Positions 36,023 to 49,571 of a stretch of 64,000 bases of DNA are shown in pieces; within the stretch, counting starts at the first letter, position 1; each line of letters opens with the position of its first letter. The translations under genes and the position numbers were made by a program. This DNA is from Podarcis tiliguerta (Eukaryota). The notes under the pieces were generated by a model. It did not search any database. It worked only from the letters and a program-made list of their open reading frames with translations, and was not told the origin of the DNA. Where the stretch lies: NCBI GenBank assembly GCA_965153285.1, contig OZ229110.1. The stretch is one strand, 5' to 3'.

Positions 36023-37033
36023 AATATATTATATTCACGACCTTACAAAAATTATCCAGTATGCAGCCAGGAGCACAGCAAAGGGGTGCCTGTCCCACGC
36101 GTAGTCCCCCCCATCCTCTCCCCCAAGGCCGGGAAGGGAGAAAGCGAGGAAGGGGGCGGCTTATATTCGGGCCAATATGGTATCATCATCATTATTAATA
36201 ATTATTATTTGCCCTCCCTTTCACTCTAAGGTCCCAGGGCAGGTTGCAGCACTAAAACACACAGTACTAAAAGCATACACCTCAAAAGCCAGGGTAAAAA
36301 TGAGCGTCATCAGCATACGCTGGAAGCCGTATAATGTAGGTACCAGATGTACCTCTGTGGGGAAGGAGTGCCACAGCTTAGGGGCCACCACAGAGAAGGC
36401 CTTCTGCCACCCACCAAACCTCTGAGGGTGAGGGAACTACCAAGAGGGCCCCATCTGCTGATCCCTGAGAGGGTCTAATTTATCAGCTAGAAGATTGATC
36501 AGCACTTCCTGAGGCAGTGAATCCAAATGCAACCAAGGATTGGGGCCTTGGAATTACCAAAGCAAAACAGTCTCTCACTCGAGCATTTCTCAGATGAATG
36601 AATGAATGGTTTATTATTACTGCTAAACAGGCAGCATAGCATTTCTCAGATGAAAATAGGAACATCTTATTCTATTAATTATTATGAGTGCTTCTTTTCT
36701 TTAAAAAATGATTAGGGGTACTCTCATTTTCCTACTCATATTGAAATACTGCCATTCAATGAGGCCAAACTTAGATTCACAAAATGTGAATCGTAACAAA
36801 GAAAAAACACTGATTAATAATAATACCCCACCCATCTGACTGGGTTGCCTCAGCCACTCTGAGTGCCTTTCAACATATGTAAAAAAATAATTAAACATTA
36901 AACAACTTCCCCATGCAGGGGTGTCTTCTGAAGGTTATATAGCTGCTTATCTCCTAGGTTCAGGGGGTTGCCTAACTCCATACCCTCCCAAGATTTCTCC
37001 AATGCAAATAGGGACGTCCTAAGGAAAAGCGGG

Positions 37034-37386
37034 TGGCGCTGTGGGTAAAAGCCTCAGCGCCTAGGGCTTGCCGATCGAAAGGTCGGCGGTTCGAATCCCC
37101 GCGGTGGGGTGCGCTCCCGTTGCTCGGTCCCAGCGCCTGCCAACCTAGCAGTTCGAAAGCACCCCTGGGTGCAAGTAGATAAATAGGGACCGCTTACTGG
37201 CAGGAAGGTAAACGGCGTTTCTGTGTGCTGCGCTGGCTCGCCAGATGCAGCTTTGTCACGCTGGCCACGTGACCTGGAAGTGTCTCCGGAAAGCGCTGGC
37301 CCTCGGCCTCTTGAATGAGATGGGCGCACAACCCTAGAGTTTGTCAAGACTGGCCCGTACGGGCAGGGGTACCTTTACCTTTACCT
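37034..37386 (+). mobile_element. Sauria SINE, young subfamily
   Basis: CpG-rich; (ACCTTT)n tail; 14-bp TSD TAAGGAAAAGCGGG (37020-37033, 37387-37400). Confidence 0.93.
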
Positions 37387-37797
37387 TAAGGAAAAGCGGG
37401 ACATTCCAGGATCAAATCAGAAACCCGGACGGCTTCTGTAAATCCGGGACTGTCCCTGGAAAATAGGGGCACCTGGAGGGTTTGTAATGATCACCAGTCT
37501 TCCCTTCCTTCTCACGTTACTCTCATTTTTCCCCCAGAGGGGTAGCTGGGGGGAGTTGAGCCAGCTGGTTTCAGCATCAGAACAAGAGGTTCTCTGGGCA
37601 GCTTAAAAGGCTGAAGGTACAAGCCTCAAAGCACCCACCAGAACTGCCCTCGCCCGCCTGATGCCTTCCAGATGCTTGTGGCCACAACCCTCACCCTTAT
37701 TGGCTGTTGCTGACGCGAGTTGTCGTGCTTTGAAAGGTGGCTTGCTGGTGAAGGCTGCAGTGCGGTAGCCACTGACCTGAGGTCACAGGGACTTACT

Positions 37798-38291
37798 TAG
37801 AAATCATAGAATTATAAAGTTCGAAGGGACCCCAAGGGTCATTTAATCCAACCCTCTGCAATGCAGAAATATCAGCTAAAGTATCCATGGCAGATGGTCA
37901 TCCAGCCTCTGCTTAAATACCTCAAAAGGAGGAGAGTCCACAACCTCCTGAGGGAGACTGTTCCCCTGTTGAACAGCTCTTACTGTCAGAAAGTTCTTCC
38001 TGGTCTCCTTTCTTGCAACTTGAATCCATTGATCTGGGTCTTGCTCTCCAGGGCAGGAGAAAAGAAGCTTGCTCCATCTTCCATGTGAACGCCCTTGAGA
38101 CATTGGAAGATGGCTATCATATCTCCTCGGTTTCCTCTTTTTCAAGCTAAACATACCCAGCTCCCTCAACCGTTCCTCATAAGGCTTGCTTTCCAGACCC
38201 TTGATCATCTTGGTTGCCCTCCTTGGTACACGCTTTAACTTGTCAACATCCTCCTTAAATTGTGGTGTCCAGAATTGGACACAGTGCTCCA
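37798..38291 (-). mobile_element. CR1 LINE 3' end (older, frameshifted)
   Basis: [47 protein letters not shown]..., degenerate ATTCTATG tail. Confidence 0.9.
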
Positions 38292-38694
38292 TATAGGGTA
38301 GATATACATGCTGCCTACAGTGGTGTCGCATTAAGGAGAATTCTGGCCATTACAAACCCAATTTTGAATTGGACTGGTATTACACATCCAATAAAAACAA
38401 AAATTTGAATGACAAACACCCTGAACTGGGGTTAGCCACAAAGCCCTTGTCCCCATGCAATGGAAGGGGACAGTTATCGTGTCAGGTCATAATCATGCTG
38501 TGGCAGAAACAGAGTCCATAAGGTAAAGATTGTACTTCTGGCATAAAACTAATTTTGTTTGCTTGTTTATATATAAACACAATATCCAGGCAATGCCTTC
38601 ATGGTGGTAAAAAATGGTAACAAAACATCTGCCAAGCTGCTTGTTAATGGTACTCCAAAATCTGCTGCCTGAGGCCTGCATGAGAGTGCCTGGC

Positions 38695-38955
38695 CACCAA
38701 GCTTGATGACTTTAAGAGGACAAATGCATGGAGGAGAGAGCTATCAGAGGCTACTAACCATCATGTCTATGCTCTGTCCCCACAGCTGGAGGCAGCAATG
38801 CTTCTGAATATGAGTTGCTGGGAACCATAGGAGCGGGGAGTGCTCTGGTGCTTGAATCTTGCTTTTGGGTTTCCCACAGCCATCTGGTTGGCCACCAAAG
38901 GATATTGGACTAGGTAGGCTATTGGCCTGATTTAGGAGGCTCTGCTTATGTTCTA
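38695..38955 (+). mobile_element. CR1-family 3'UTR fragment (second family)
   Basis: Homologous to 43289-43560 and 55986-56345 (opposite strand); ends cttatgttct. Confidence 0.65.
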
Positions 38956-39176
38956 TTTTGTTTTTAACCACAAGGGCATGTTTCCAAGCCCTAGGCAATG
39001 TGAGTATTAAAGGGGCAGGTTACCCTGTCCCTTTAATAGTTATGTATATAAGGAATTTCAACAGATACAGGGTGTTTTTTAATACAAAGAAAGACCCTTG
39101 TATTGCACATTGAGCTACTTTGCCAGAAGGATGTGGCTGAGAAATATATACTTAATAAGTTCTTAGTAAGTCTAGC

Positions 39177-39312
39177 AAGGCATAGGCAAACTTGGCCCTC
39201 CAGATGTTTTGGGACTACAACTCCCACCATCCCTAGTTAACAGGACCAGTGGTTAGGGATGATGGGAATTGTAGACTCAAAACATCTGGAGGGCTGAGTT
39301 TGCCTATGCCTG
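39177..39312. mobile_element. Palindromic hAT MITE (same family as 17129)
   Basis: Near-identical to 17129-17259; TSD-like (g/a)TCTAGCA on both sides. Confidence 0.9.
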
Positions 39313-40604
39313 ATCTAGCAGAAGTCTAATTCAAAAGCAACAATCAATAATAGGCTGGAGGGTTCTACCCATTCTCCAAAGAAAGGAAGCATTTAAGAGA
39401 GGCATCACTTTTCTGCAACACTACCCTACTCTACTTCCAGTTCACACTGGAACTGGGATCCAAAGCTGCAAAATCATGTGTGTGCACATATCTCTCAAAG
39501 ACGAATAGGCTGCCCTGCACATGCACAATTGCCTTGATGTTGTGTTCTGTCTGCCGTCTTCTGAGTAAGAACTTTGTTTTTCAGTTTTACAGCAGTTTGT
39601 CCCTCTAGTCCCTGCAAAAGGAAAATGAAAGAGCCACTTGTGATAAACAGAGAATATTACTGCAAGGATCCCTCTGCTTGTCGTATGGATTTAGTTGTGT
39701 ACAGACATCCAGAGTGAAGAACCCGTGGCCGTTCAGATGGTTGTCTTCAGCTCCCATAAGCTTCAGGCAGCGTAGTTAAAGGTGAGGGGAGCTGAAGTCT
39801 AGTAATATATGGAGAGCCACAAGCTCCCCAACCCTGGGGTATGTAGTACAGATGTGTAAAGCTGCTCAGATTGCATGTGTGTTGCACCAAAATCCCACTT
39901 CTGCGTAGAATGCAAATGAATAAAAGTTCAAATCAGAAGTGTATCCATTCAAAACCAGAAGCCACTGAAAATAAGGAAGCATAGCTATACTAGCAGTAAG
40001 CACCCCATGTGCTCTCTTGTGTTTAGGATTGCAGTCTTACCAACTAATGTTCCTTGCATTTTCTTGGGCTGCGGAAAATATTTGTCCTGGGGTGTGTGTT
40101 GCTGCAGGATTTTTTGGGAGGGGGGGTCATCTGAGGACCACCCAGCCAAGCATTTAGCCCAGTCTGGCACTGGCTTGCCCAAGCCGGCAGCAGGATGAGG
40201 GCTCCGCAAAACTGCCCCCACATTTGAGTGACCCCGGTACTTCAGGAGCATTGGATCACCCAGCTGGGGTGGGGGGAGGATTCTACTACACCGCAGCTGA
40301 GCAAAACCTGATGCTGCAAAGGACTTGGGGCTAGCCCAGCTGGGGTTGGGGGAGCCCTCCTGCCCTCCAGCTGAGCAGCAGCCTGGGCCAGCTGCATTGG
40401 CCCTAGCCTGCAAGGCACTGGGGTGAAAGGGCCTTAGCTCCAGCAGTGATGTAAATCTAACATTTTCCACCCCCAACATCTGGTTCTTAGTTTTAGAAGT
40501 GTAAAAAAACTAGTATTTCAGCAAAGTGTACACTACAAAGAATACATTGTTGATAAGTTAACAAATAAACTGATGACACATGTAGTACTTTGTACACAGA
40601 CAAG

Positions 40605-40610
40605 TTTATT
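40605..40610 (-). terminator. Candidate distal polyadenylation signal of RPS6KA5
   Basis: Minus strand reads AATAAActtgtctgtgtacaaagtactaca followed by GU/U-rich tgtgtcatcagtttatttgtt. Confidence 0.5.
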
Positions 40611-43288
40611 TTTTGAGGGTAGAACAAATATATTTGAACATATGCACAGTTATGAAATTGTAATAAGCCCTTAATGCTTTTAAAATTTAAATCCACACAT
40701 AAAACATTTCAGCAAACTTCAAGACTTTTTTTTTGACAAATGCAAGTTTCAACTTTGTTGCTTTTTGAAGTTGATACAACTCATTCAAGACTTGCCAAAT
40801 AAAGGGAGACCAAATTAAAGACATGTAAAAAGCATGCATCTTTGTTAACATTTACACAAATACTTGTCAACACTGACAATTAAAAGTAAATAATATAAAA
40901 TCCCTTAATTTGTGTACAGTATTTAGAAACTGTTGAATGGCAGTATGGACTGTAACAGTAATAAAGAATCCAAGAAAGATTAACACAGCTTAATGCGTGA
41001 TATATATGTAACCCTAGGGATTGGGATGCTGGAGGAGGAAAAACACATAAATTTTTCTTTCATCAAAATAATTCTAAAGGAGCCTATGTTCCACTGTACA
41101 CAATAAGTTAGCAAGTTCTAGCCCAGCTAGAATGAAACAATCCCAACATTTTAAAACTACTGTTAATTGTTTGCATATAAACCATATAAATATTACACTT
41201 TGGGAAGATGTCTGAATAAAAGCCTTTATTGTATATATTATATTTGCATGAAAAAAAAGAAAAAACCTATTATATATCTAATAAGAACCTGTAAATTAAT
41301 AATTAAAATTAAAATTCTATCATGGTACAAAGTTTGCATATTTAAAAAAAGATATTCTATGGATAGATATGTTTCTATCATAGTTCCCAAAATGTTATAT
41401 ATTAACAACTTCACAAATAGAAAGAGATAACGTACGAAGGAAATATACATTTAAAATATGAGTAGAGTGTTAAAGTTTACAAAACAAGCAGGTTCTTTGT
41501 GAAAACCACAAAGATCTTGCTTATTTGATCTACAGTTAAATGTTTAAAAATAGTTATCTCCTTAAGCAAAGCAAAAGCTTGTGCTTCACAATGCAATCCT
41601 CTGTCAACAGCTTCCAGCTTACTCAGTACTTCAGATGCACCTTGTTCTATTTTCTTCCCTTTTCCTGATGTGTTTTCCAATATATAGTCACATCCATCAG
41701 TTGTACCCACAGTAGCCTCAGCATATGAGAAATTAGTCTCAAGTTTAACACACACCATTAAACACACTTACAGTGCAACCCTAGCCATGCCTACTCAGAA
41801 GTAAATCCTACTGAACTCAATGGGGCTTTCTAATAGGTAATTTAGATTAGGATTGCAGACTTCTATAATAGTACTTATATACTGCTTTTCAGGGCAAAGC
41901 CTTCCCAAGGCAGCTTACAAAATATAGTTAAGACTGTAAAACAAATGTCCAAGATACAAATAAAGCAATCCAATTACAAAAGCTAAAAACAGCAGTGGTT
42001 TAAAGCAGTCAGATGCCCTACTCAGACTGACATAGAAGACTAGTGGAATGCACTTGCTGAATTACCAGAACTCCCATACGCCCCTTTCCTGATGCGACAG
42101 AGCATTCATAAAGTTACATGAGCACATCTGATCATTTTGAAAGGCCAACAGCAAAGGGGAAAATTATTCTTATACCCTGATCCTAGAAACTATCCAACCA
42201 TGATGATCAAATAGGTCTTCATGTCAAAGCTGCTTTTGTACTCAAAATGGGCAGAGCTGGTTATGGGGAGGAAGCAGCCTGACAATCCCTTTTCCATGTT
42301 TCCACAGCATTTTATCGAATTAGGATACCGTATATTGATTTCTTCCTAAATTTAAGGCAGGCATAGTCTATGCATGCTAATCATCTGCCAAGCAGGTGAA
42401 TCATGGGTCTACCAACTCAGTCCAGGTTCCCATTTCCTCCAGCTTATTGGTGCTAGAGGTGTCCATGTTTTTTTTAGTTGCTTCACCTTGGCTTCAGACC
42501 TTTACAGTCAAGGATTAATTCAGGTGCCTCTTATCAAGCTAATCTGCTACATAAGGACTACAATCCTGTCACTGGATCAGGGTGTGGGAAGGACCCACAC
42601 TGATTTCCATGTTACACGTGTACTTTGACTCTACATATGTTTTAATAGGAGATAAGAAGATCGTTCATTTACAGAAAAACCCCACTATTTATCCTACACT
42701 GCTTCATTACATTTACCACAATACACTTGGAAATGTGTTGTGGGTTTCAACTGTACATTATACTTAAATACAGATACAATAAATAATACACTATCTCCTA
42801 GAACAACACAAAAAGCATTTGTTAATAAAGGATATTTGGAGAACTCTGACTAATGTTGTGGTAATTTTAGGGAGTTATATCCAAGTGCTTTCAGAAATAA
42901 AGGAGTAACAACGCAAAGGAAAGGAAATAAAATTGTTAAGAAACTCATTCATTTTAGAATAAAGAGGGGGGGAATTATATTCAAGAGTACACACCAAAAT
43001 TGTGCCTCATGTTACAAATGTAAAAATAAGTTATTTAGAAGTGTCATTATTCTTGGGTGTAACCTTTAAAAATGAAATGTCATAATTTAAGAGACAAACT
43101 CTCTCTCTTATAGTATTAGTTTTCCTTTCAATTCTTATTTTTCTGATTTACCAAATCTATAAAATCTTTAAACTCTATAAAACCATTATGGAACACTATT
43201 TACCCTGATCTGCTACACAAGCCAAGTAGGTGAACTGTAGAACATACTCTGAAGAACGTACCAATGCAAAACTCTGGAGTTGCTAGGA

Positions 43289-43560
43289 GCATAAGACAAG
43301 CCAATGGTCCAAAGACGTGCCTTTCGGATCAGGCCAATGGCCCATCTAGTCCAAAGTCCTGTTCCTAGTGGCCAACCAAATGCCTCTGGGAAGCCTGCAA
43401 GCTGGACACAAGCACAACAACACTCTGCCCACCTTCAGTTCCCAGCAACTGGCATTCATATTGCCTCTGACAGTGGAGGCAACATGGCTAGTAGCCACTG
43501 ATACAGCATTGTATTCCATGGATTTGTCTAACCTGCTCTTAAAGCCATCCAAATTAATTA
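43289..43560 (-). mobile_element. CR1-family 3'UTR fragment
   Basis: ggatcaggccaatggcccatctagtcc...; minus strand encodes NLDGFKSRLDKSME, like a CR1 ORF2 end. Confidence 0.7.
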
Positions 43561-46500
43561 CAGTCAAAATGATGTTTGTGATAGTATCTCAGGAACATAC
43601 TTATCTCTTATGCTGGTCGTTGGTTAGGGGATATCACTCCCCCCCCCCCAGCAGTTAGCATTTCCATTGCCACTGCAAGTGTTTTGAGGAAGGGGATTGT
43701 ACAAGCATCATAAGCATCTAAAGGTGTGCTTATAACATCACTGAAAATGTGAAAAATCAATCTCCCAATTATTCTGGGAGAACTTGTACTGATTTTAAAT
43801 TTTTTTAATGTGCTGGATATATCCCGTTCCATTGTGCAAAGCAAACTTTCTTCCACCACAAAAATAAATATGCTGCAAGCTGTTGCAGCTCTCTCGAGAC
43901 ATGGCTTTTTCATCCTTCCCATTCATTCTACCACTTTAAAATGGCTGAGGCTTCCTCAAGAGATTTCTAAGTGCTCCACCCTGTTTACGCCACCACCCTC
44001 ACTGTTCCGAAGAGTCTCCCAATCCCATGGAGAAGGTTTGGCCAAACATGCAGTGTCACCCATAGAGGGATGCAGGGCAGATGACACGGAATGTGCTATT
44101 GGGCTAGTCTGAAGAGGAGTGGCAGTTGTAAGAAGAATTTATATAAATATAAAATATAAAACTGGAGAGACCAATCAATCAAAAAGATTTCTTGGCTTTA
44201 AAAACAAAAGCACTTTTAAAGCACTAATTATTCCTAAACTTCTAGAAATATCCCAATGAACATTTAACGTTCTTTTTATCCATCTATACATCTTTCAGTT
44301 CATGCCTTTTGCATAAGCCTAAAACAGCATATAAGATCTGGCTATGCTGTTTCTAAATATTTGTCATAATTAAGAACTTTATTTAGAAATGTTAGGGACT
44401 AATTAGTGCATATCTTCATCTAGCAAACATCTATGCTTACATTTATTATATTTTGACAATAGAAAAGGACAGAAAATTCTCAGCAAGTTGAACAAACATG
44501 CTTAAAATGGAGCTAACTGGATTACAAATAAGGGTGTTGGAATTGTATTATGTCACCTAACACATCAACCTTTTGTGGCAAACTCTTCTATATTAGTGCC
44601 ACAATTGACTAGAAAGGGGGTGTTTCCAACTCAGTTTAAATAATCTCTAGTAGCAGGACTGGAAAAGAGCCTTGCCTTAGATCCTGGAGATCTACTACTG
44701 CCATTCAGACTGTACTGGGCTGGATGGACTAAGTCAATAAAAAAGGAGATTGAAGTAAATAAAGCCTATTGTTTTGATTTAAGTTCAACTGAATTAAACA
44801 TTCAATTGACTATGCAGGATTATGGATAACACAATCCTATGTATATTTACTCAGCAATGAATCCCACAGAGTTCAAGGGAGCTTACTCCCAGTTAACCAT
44901 GTAAAGGATTTTAGCATAAAAACATTAACTAGTGAAGGACACAAAACCAATTAAGGGGAACAAGCTTTGCACACAGATAACTATCATAACAATTCTGTTT
45001 CATGCCACAAATCAACATTATCTTCTCTTTTGTAGCAATATAAGCCTTAAGATAAACACAACAGAAAATTATATATTTAGCCATACCAGTATCTGTGTGT
45101 TTACATTGCTTACTCTAGTAGAAAAGAAACCCTGATTAATTATATAAAATTTGGGGTTTACATTTTATCCTTGTTTGGTTTATCAGGTAGGATCCAGATT
45201 TGCCCAGAACAGAATTATCCCAAAGGCAGATGGAAAATTTCATTTATTTCCCCTTTTCCTTGCAACGCCCCCGCCCTGCCTGGTTCCTCAAAATCACATC
45301 TTCCCTGCTCCCTCCATGTAATAGTGTATATGGATTGTTTTTTATGTATACCTGATACAAATATTTTCTCTGTAAATATATTATAACATTTTTTCTTGAA
45401 ATGAAAACAAAGAAAAACAAAGTTTTCTAGCTTCACTGGAGGAGTTTACTAAAATAATATTGCACCAACCTTACTGGTGTCCTGGAGAATCAATTAACAA
45501 ATTACTGTAGTCAGAGAAGGGAGTCATGCACAGCCCTGCCCCCAGTTCTGTTGCACTGCGGACAGGAAACAATATCCATTTGCCTGAAAGACTGAACACT
45601 AAACAGGATCAAGCCATAATAAATTATTTGCTTCACGCTTTTAGTATTTTTTTCCTATCAACTTAAAGTAATAACATTTTCTTAAACTAATTAATTGTCC
45701 GATGCAAGTAACAATACCATAAAAGCATTTATGGCAACACAACTGCATCTGTACCACTTAATCTCTAATCACTATTCTTATACTACTTTCTCTACTTAGC
45801 ATATTATACCTATTTCAAAATGTAACCAATAAAATTATATAGTGTACACATTCAAAATTTTGAAAACATATCTGTTTGAACAAAAACATAATGAAAGTTG
45901 TGCTCTGCACCCACTTATGCTTTTATCAGATAAAATCCGCTCCCAAGAGTACAAAAATGTTCACGATCTTTCTTGATAGCTGCCTGTGCAAGAGAACAAT
46001 GGAAATACAAACTCCCCTTTTTCCTGAGAAATTAAATCATTATTTTACTCTGCACATTTTATGAAGTCCTACCAAATATCAATGAAACTATTCTAATATA
46101 AAACACCATTTATTTGGATTTCTCCAAAAGGGACTAGATTTTTTTCAAATAATTATTTTAAACTATATATAAATTTAAACTAGGACTCATTGCATTGCAA
46201 TTTAATCTGCTGAGCCACTAGGATTTTATTTTAAAAGTACGCATTTTAATCAATCTTAAAAGTGAAATGGAAAATCAAAAGAAGTATAGCAAAACATTTC
46301 TGTTTAATTTACTGAACACTAAAACAGCTTTCATCTATTAATTGGTGCTTTTTGCATAATCATGACGCCTTGATTTATTACAGAGAAAATGTTCCATTGT
46401 ATAGGTCAATACAATGGGGGGTGTGGGGAGGGAAGGTCATATTCTCAAAGAAAGATTCAGCAAGTGAATCCAAACTAAATGCTGGCATAGTACTGAACAG

Positions 46501-46654
46501 CTTAACTTAAACTACCGTACTACTTTAAGTTATTTGTGCTATCATCACATAAAACTTTAAAATATAAAGATCCGGATAATGTAAACAATAGTTTTCATAT
46601 TTTCCATCAGCTTAGAAACTCTGTGGCAATTTATCTCAAAGGATTCAATTAAGA

Positions 46655-46744
46655 GCACAATCCTATGCATATTTACTCAGAATTAGGCCCCAATGAATTC
46701 AATGGGGCTTACTTCCAAATAAGTATGCAAAAGACTACAGCCTA
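46655..46744. repeat. ~90-bp palindromic mini-MITE family (representative copy)
   Basis: caatcctatgcatatttactcagaattaggccccaatgaattcaatggggcttacttccaaataagtatgca; relatives at ~28935, 30878, 30975, 41770, 44830, 63327 and 63579. Confidence 0.75.
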
Positions 46745-47514
46745 AGTAATTCATATAAATAAACTGTGAGAACTTATCAGACTCAAAGATGTGCCACTTC
46801 TTTAGCACCAGGGCCATACTGGAAGCTTGTAAGTCTTCCAGCTTATCTGCCTTAAAAAATGAAAAAAGAAAGAAAAGCAGTACAAGCTTCTGTCCCGTCC
46901 ATGTTTGAATATATAGACTGCAGGCATAATTTAAGTTCCTAAACACAGTGTGGAAGCCAAGGCACATCTGGTGAACAAGCTGTGTTAATTCTGTGCTGTA
47001 TGGATCTTGGAATTAACAACTCCAAATGTGAACAAACTCAGATTAGGATGTCAAATGATTAAGTCACTTAAGCCACCTCAAGGGACAAAATAATTATGGT
47101 TGCAATTATATGATCTTTGCTAGTCAGTTAAGCTTCATTGAACTCAGCAGCTTGTGCTTTTAAGTAAGCATGCATTAACAAACATGCAAAAGATCACACT
47201 GCTCATCTGTTGCTAAATTACAAGCCTTCTAGTTTCTATCACTAGATCTGCAAGGCTACTTTTACAACAAGAGCTAGAATCTTAACTTTTCCGTAAATGA
47301 CAACTTGATTGCAAGAATGCTGACAAGAATCTAGAAAGCCACACAAAAAATACCTCTTAGACCATTTATCTCATTCCTGATGCAAGTGCTACCAATTACA
47401 CTACAGCAACACAGAAAAATATACTCTTTTCAAGACAGTTTTCCACCAATTTCCATAGGTAAGCCTGCATTAGGTTTCTCAAAACACTGATAATAGATGC
47501 AACTTTGTAAACAA

Positions 47515-47517
<3 letters not shown>

Positions 47518-47552
<35 letters not shown>
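47518..47552. repeat. (AT)n microsatellite
   Basis: Direct observation. Confidence 0.95.
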
Positions 47553-47557
<5 letters not shown>

Positions 47558-48864
47558 TGCATAGGATTTGGATCTAGTTTATTTTACAATGCAGCAAGGT
47601 GTTTTTACAAACGACCAGATGTTCTCTGATCATGCAAATAAACTGCCCCAAAGAATTCACAATGGGACTACTCAATAACTTTTTGCAAGACTGGAGCACA
47701 GGTGCTGTAGAAGTGCTCTGCATATGTTGAGAAATTATGCTTCACAATTAAAAATGTTACCATTTTAAATGCATCAGTAAGTCACATTTATGATTCCAAA
47801 TATATTACAGCTACGGTAGGAAATCTTACCGTATTACAAACACAGTGTACAAATGTGAAGCACAGTGTTTGATAGAATATCCCTTTAGTTTTCCCAGTGC
47901 ATATATGGTTTAAAGTCAAAACATGCCCCAACATGAGAGGAGGCAAAATCTGAAGAGTATTGCATATAGGTATGGAAATCATGGCAAGAAAACAAAAGCT
48001 TAATATTGCAAAGCAGAATGATGTAATAAGTTCATAATTCTCACTGAAGTTACTAGAGCATCTCCAAAAGGCATTTTTCACTTTGTTCAGCTACTCACCA
48101 AATGCAATTATAGGTGTACCAAATCATGCGTAAGCATTACGTATCATTAAAACCTCTAATATTATGCTACAACCAGATAGCACACTGTCAGATATATCAC
48201 AGCATGCTTAATTTTTGGACCCACACATGATAGCAGGAATATAGAATTTGCAATTAAGAGAAAGTCATTTTTATATTTAGCAACGAGGCATAAATATATA
48301 AGATAAACCTATTTGTTCAGAAAATCTTGACATGTTTTTAGCACTGAATGCTAAGAAAACAGTAAGTTCCTTTTATAAGTACTGTATTAGAAGCTATTAA
48401 AAAACCCCAAAAGTCGTTCAAAATAGAAAATAGGAAATGGCCAAAATCTACAGAAGAAGTAATCACAAAGTTCTGCATACTAGTTGCCAAGCCCTGAACA
48501 GCAAAAATGTTGCCTGTGTATTGTGCAAGGATTTGTGCATCCATTTCACATGCTGAAAATTATCTTTGGATGTGACTTGATTTTCCTTATGCAGGAAACC
48601 TGCATAAGGACAAAAGCTGCTGCATATGGGGAAGCCACTATTTTTGATCCTGGCCATTATGTTTCAAGACTCTTAAAATCATACTGTCATCTTTCTAATA
48701 TACAGAAATTTCCAAAGAAAACCAGCCTTAATTAAGATGTCTGCATGAATCCCGGACAGTCACTGCTAGTAAATGGAGTTCTGAGAGCTTATGAAACTAT
48801 ATTTCCTTAACTAGCAATGAGAAAGCCCATTTTGCATGTCCAGTTACCTCAAAGGACTACAAGG

Positions 48865-49113
48865 GCTGGATTCAACTAACCCAGTGTGCTTGTGGAAGCC
48901 AGTTCTGGGACTCCCAGTAGCACAATTGGGCTTCCCCCCTTCTCCTCCCCCCATGTGCCCTGCCCGCTCCTCCCACAAATGTGGAGAGTTGGGAGAACCC
49001 CCAGAACAGCACATGGGGGGGGGGGAGGAGAGAGGGGAAATGGTTCTGTCTGGCAAGCAAAAATTATTGTGCTGGTGGAAAATGTTTTATTAGTATGATG
49101 TTGAACTCCACCC
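48865..49113. repeat. Dispersed MITE-like repeat
   Basis: Shares gattcaactaacc...ggagagttgggagaacccccagaa with 62273-62475; terminal ggattcaac/gttgaactcc inverted match. Confidence 0.65.
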
Positions 49114-49571
49114 CAAGTTTTGTTCATTAATAGCTTCAAAAACTTCAATGCTGGTTATAACCACAGCAGTATTTTAAAATGTCCTATTTCAGACTAGGAC
49201 TGAAACAAAAGATTAGAAAATAAAATGTGTGCCTTTAAGTTATGGGCAGAATCCAACAAGTGATCTTGTGCTTACGGAAGGATTTTTGATCCCACAGAGG
49301 CATTTGCTAACAGAAGAGATGAGATTCAATTCTTACTGAGTTCCCCATCTCAGTCTCCAGTGCCCACCCCAAGAATCTGCACCAGAGAGTTGGGGGACAC
49401 TCCAGAATAGAGTTAATGAATGCCTCCCCTATTTTAGTGGACACCTCCACTGGATCAGAAGTCCTTCCATCAGTAAAAGGGTATCAGTTGGATTTTCCAT
49501 ACACATATAAACACTCTTTTTAAAGGAATGCATATGCCAGCAAATTCTTCATCAGAGCAAATCTCTGTTTT

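Larger units (their letters stand above)
40585..49571 (-). other. RPS6KA5: Putative long RPS6KA5 3'UTR
   Basis: AT-rich tract with few young TEs downstream of the stop. AATAAA on the minus strand at several places, including 41225-41230 and 40605-40610; composition turns GC-rich below ~40480. Confidence 0.5.

Noticed and set aside
39985-40479. 164-aa minus-strand ORF between the genes
   Set aside because: No recognisable domain; lies in a locally GC-rich, probably TE-derived patch.
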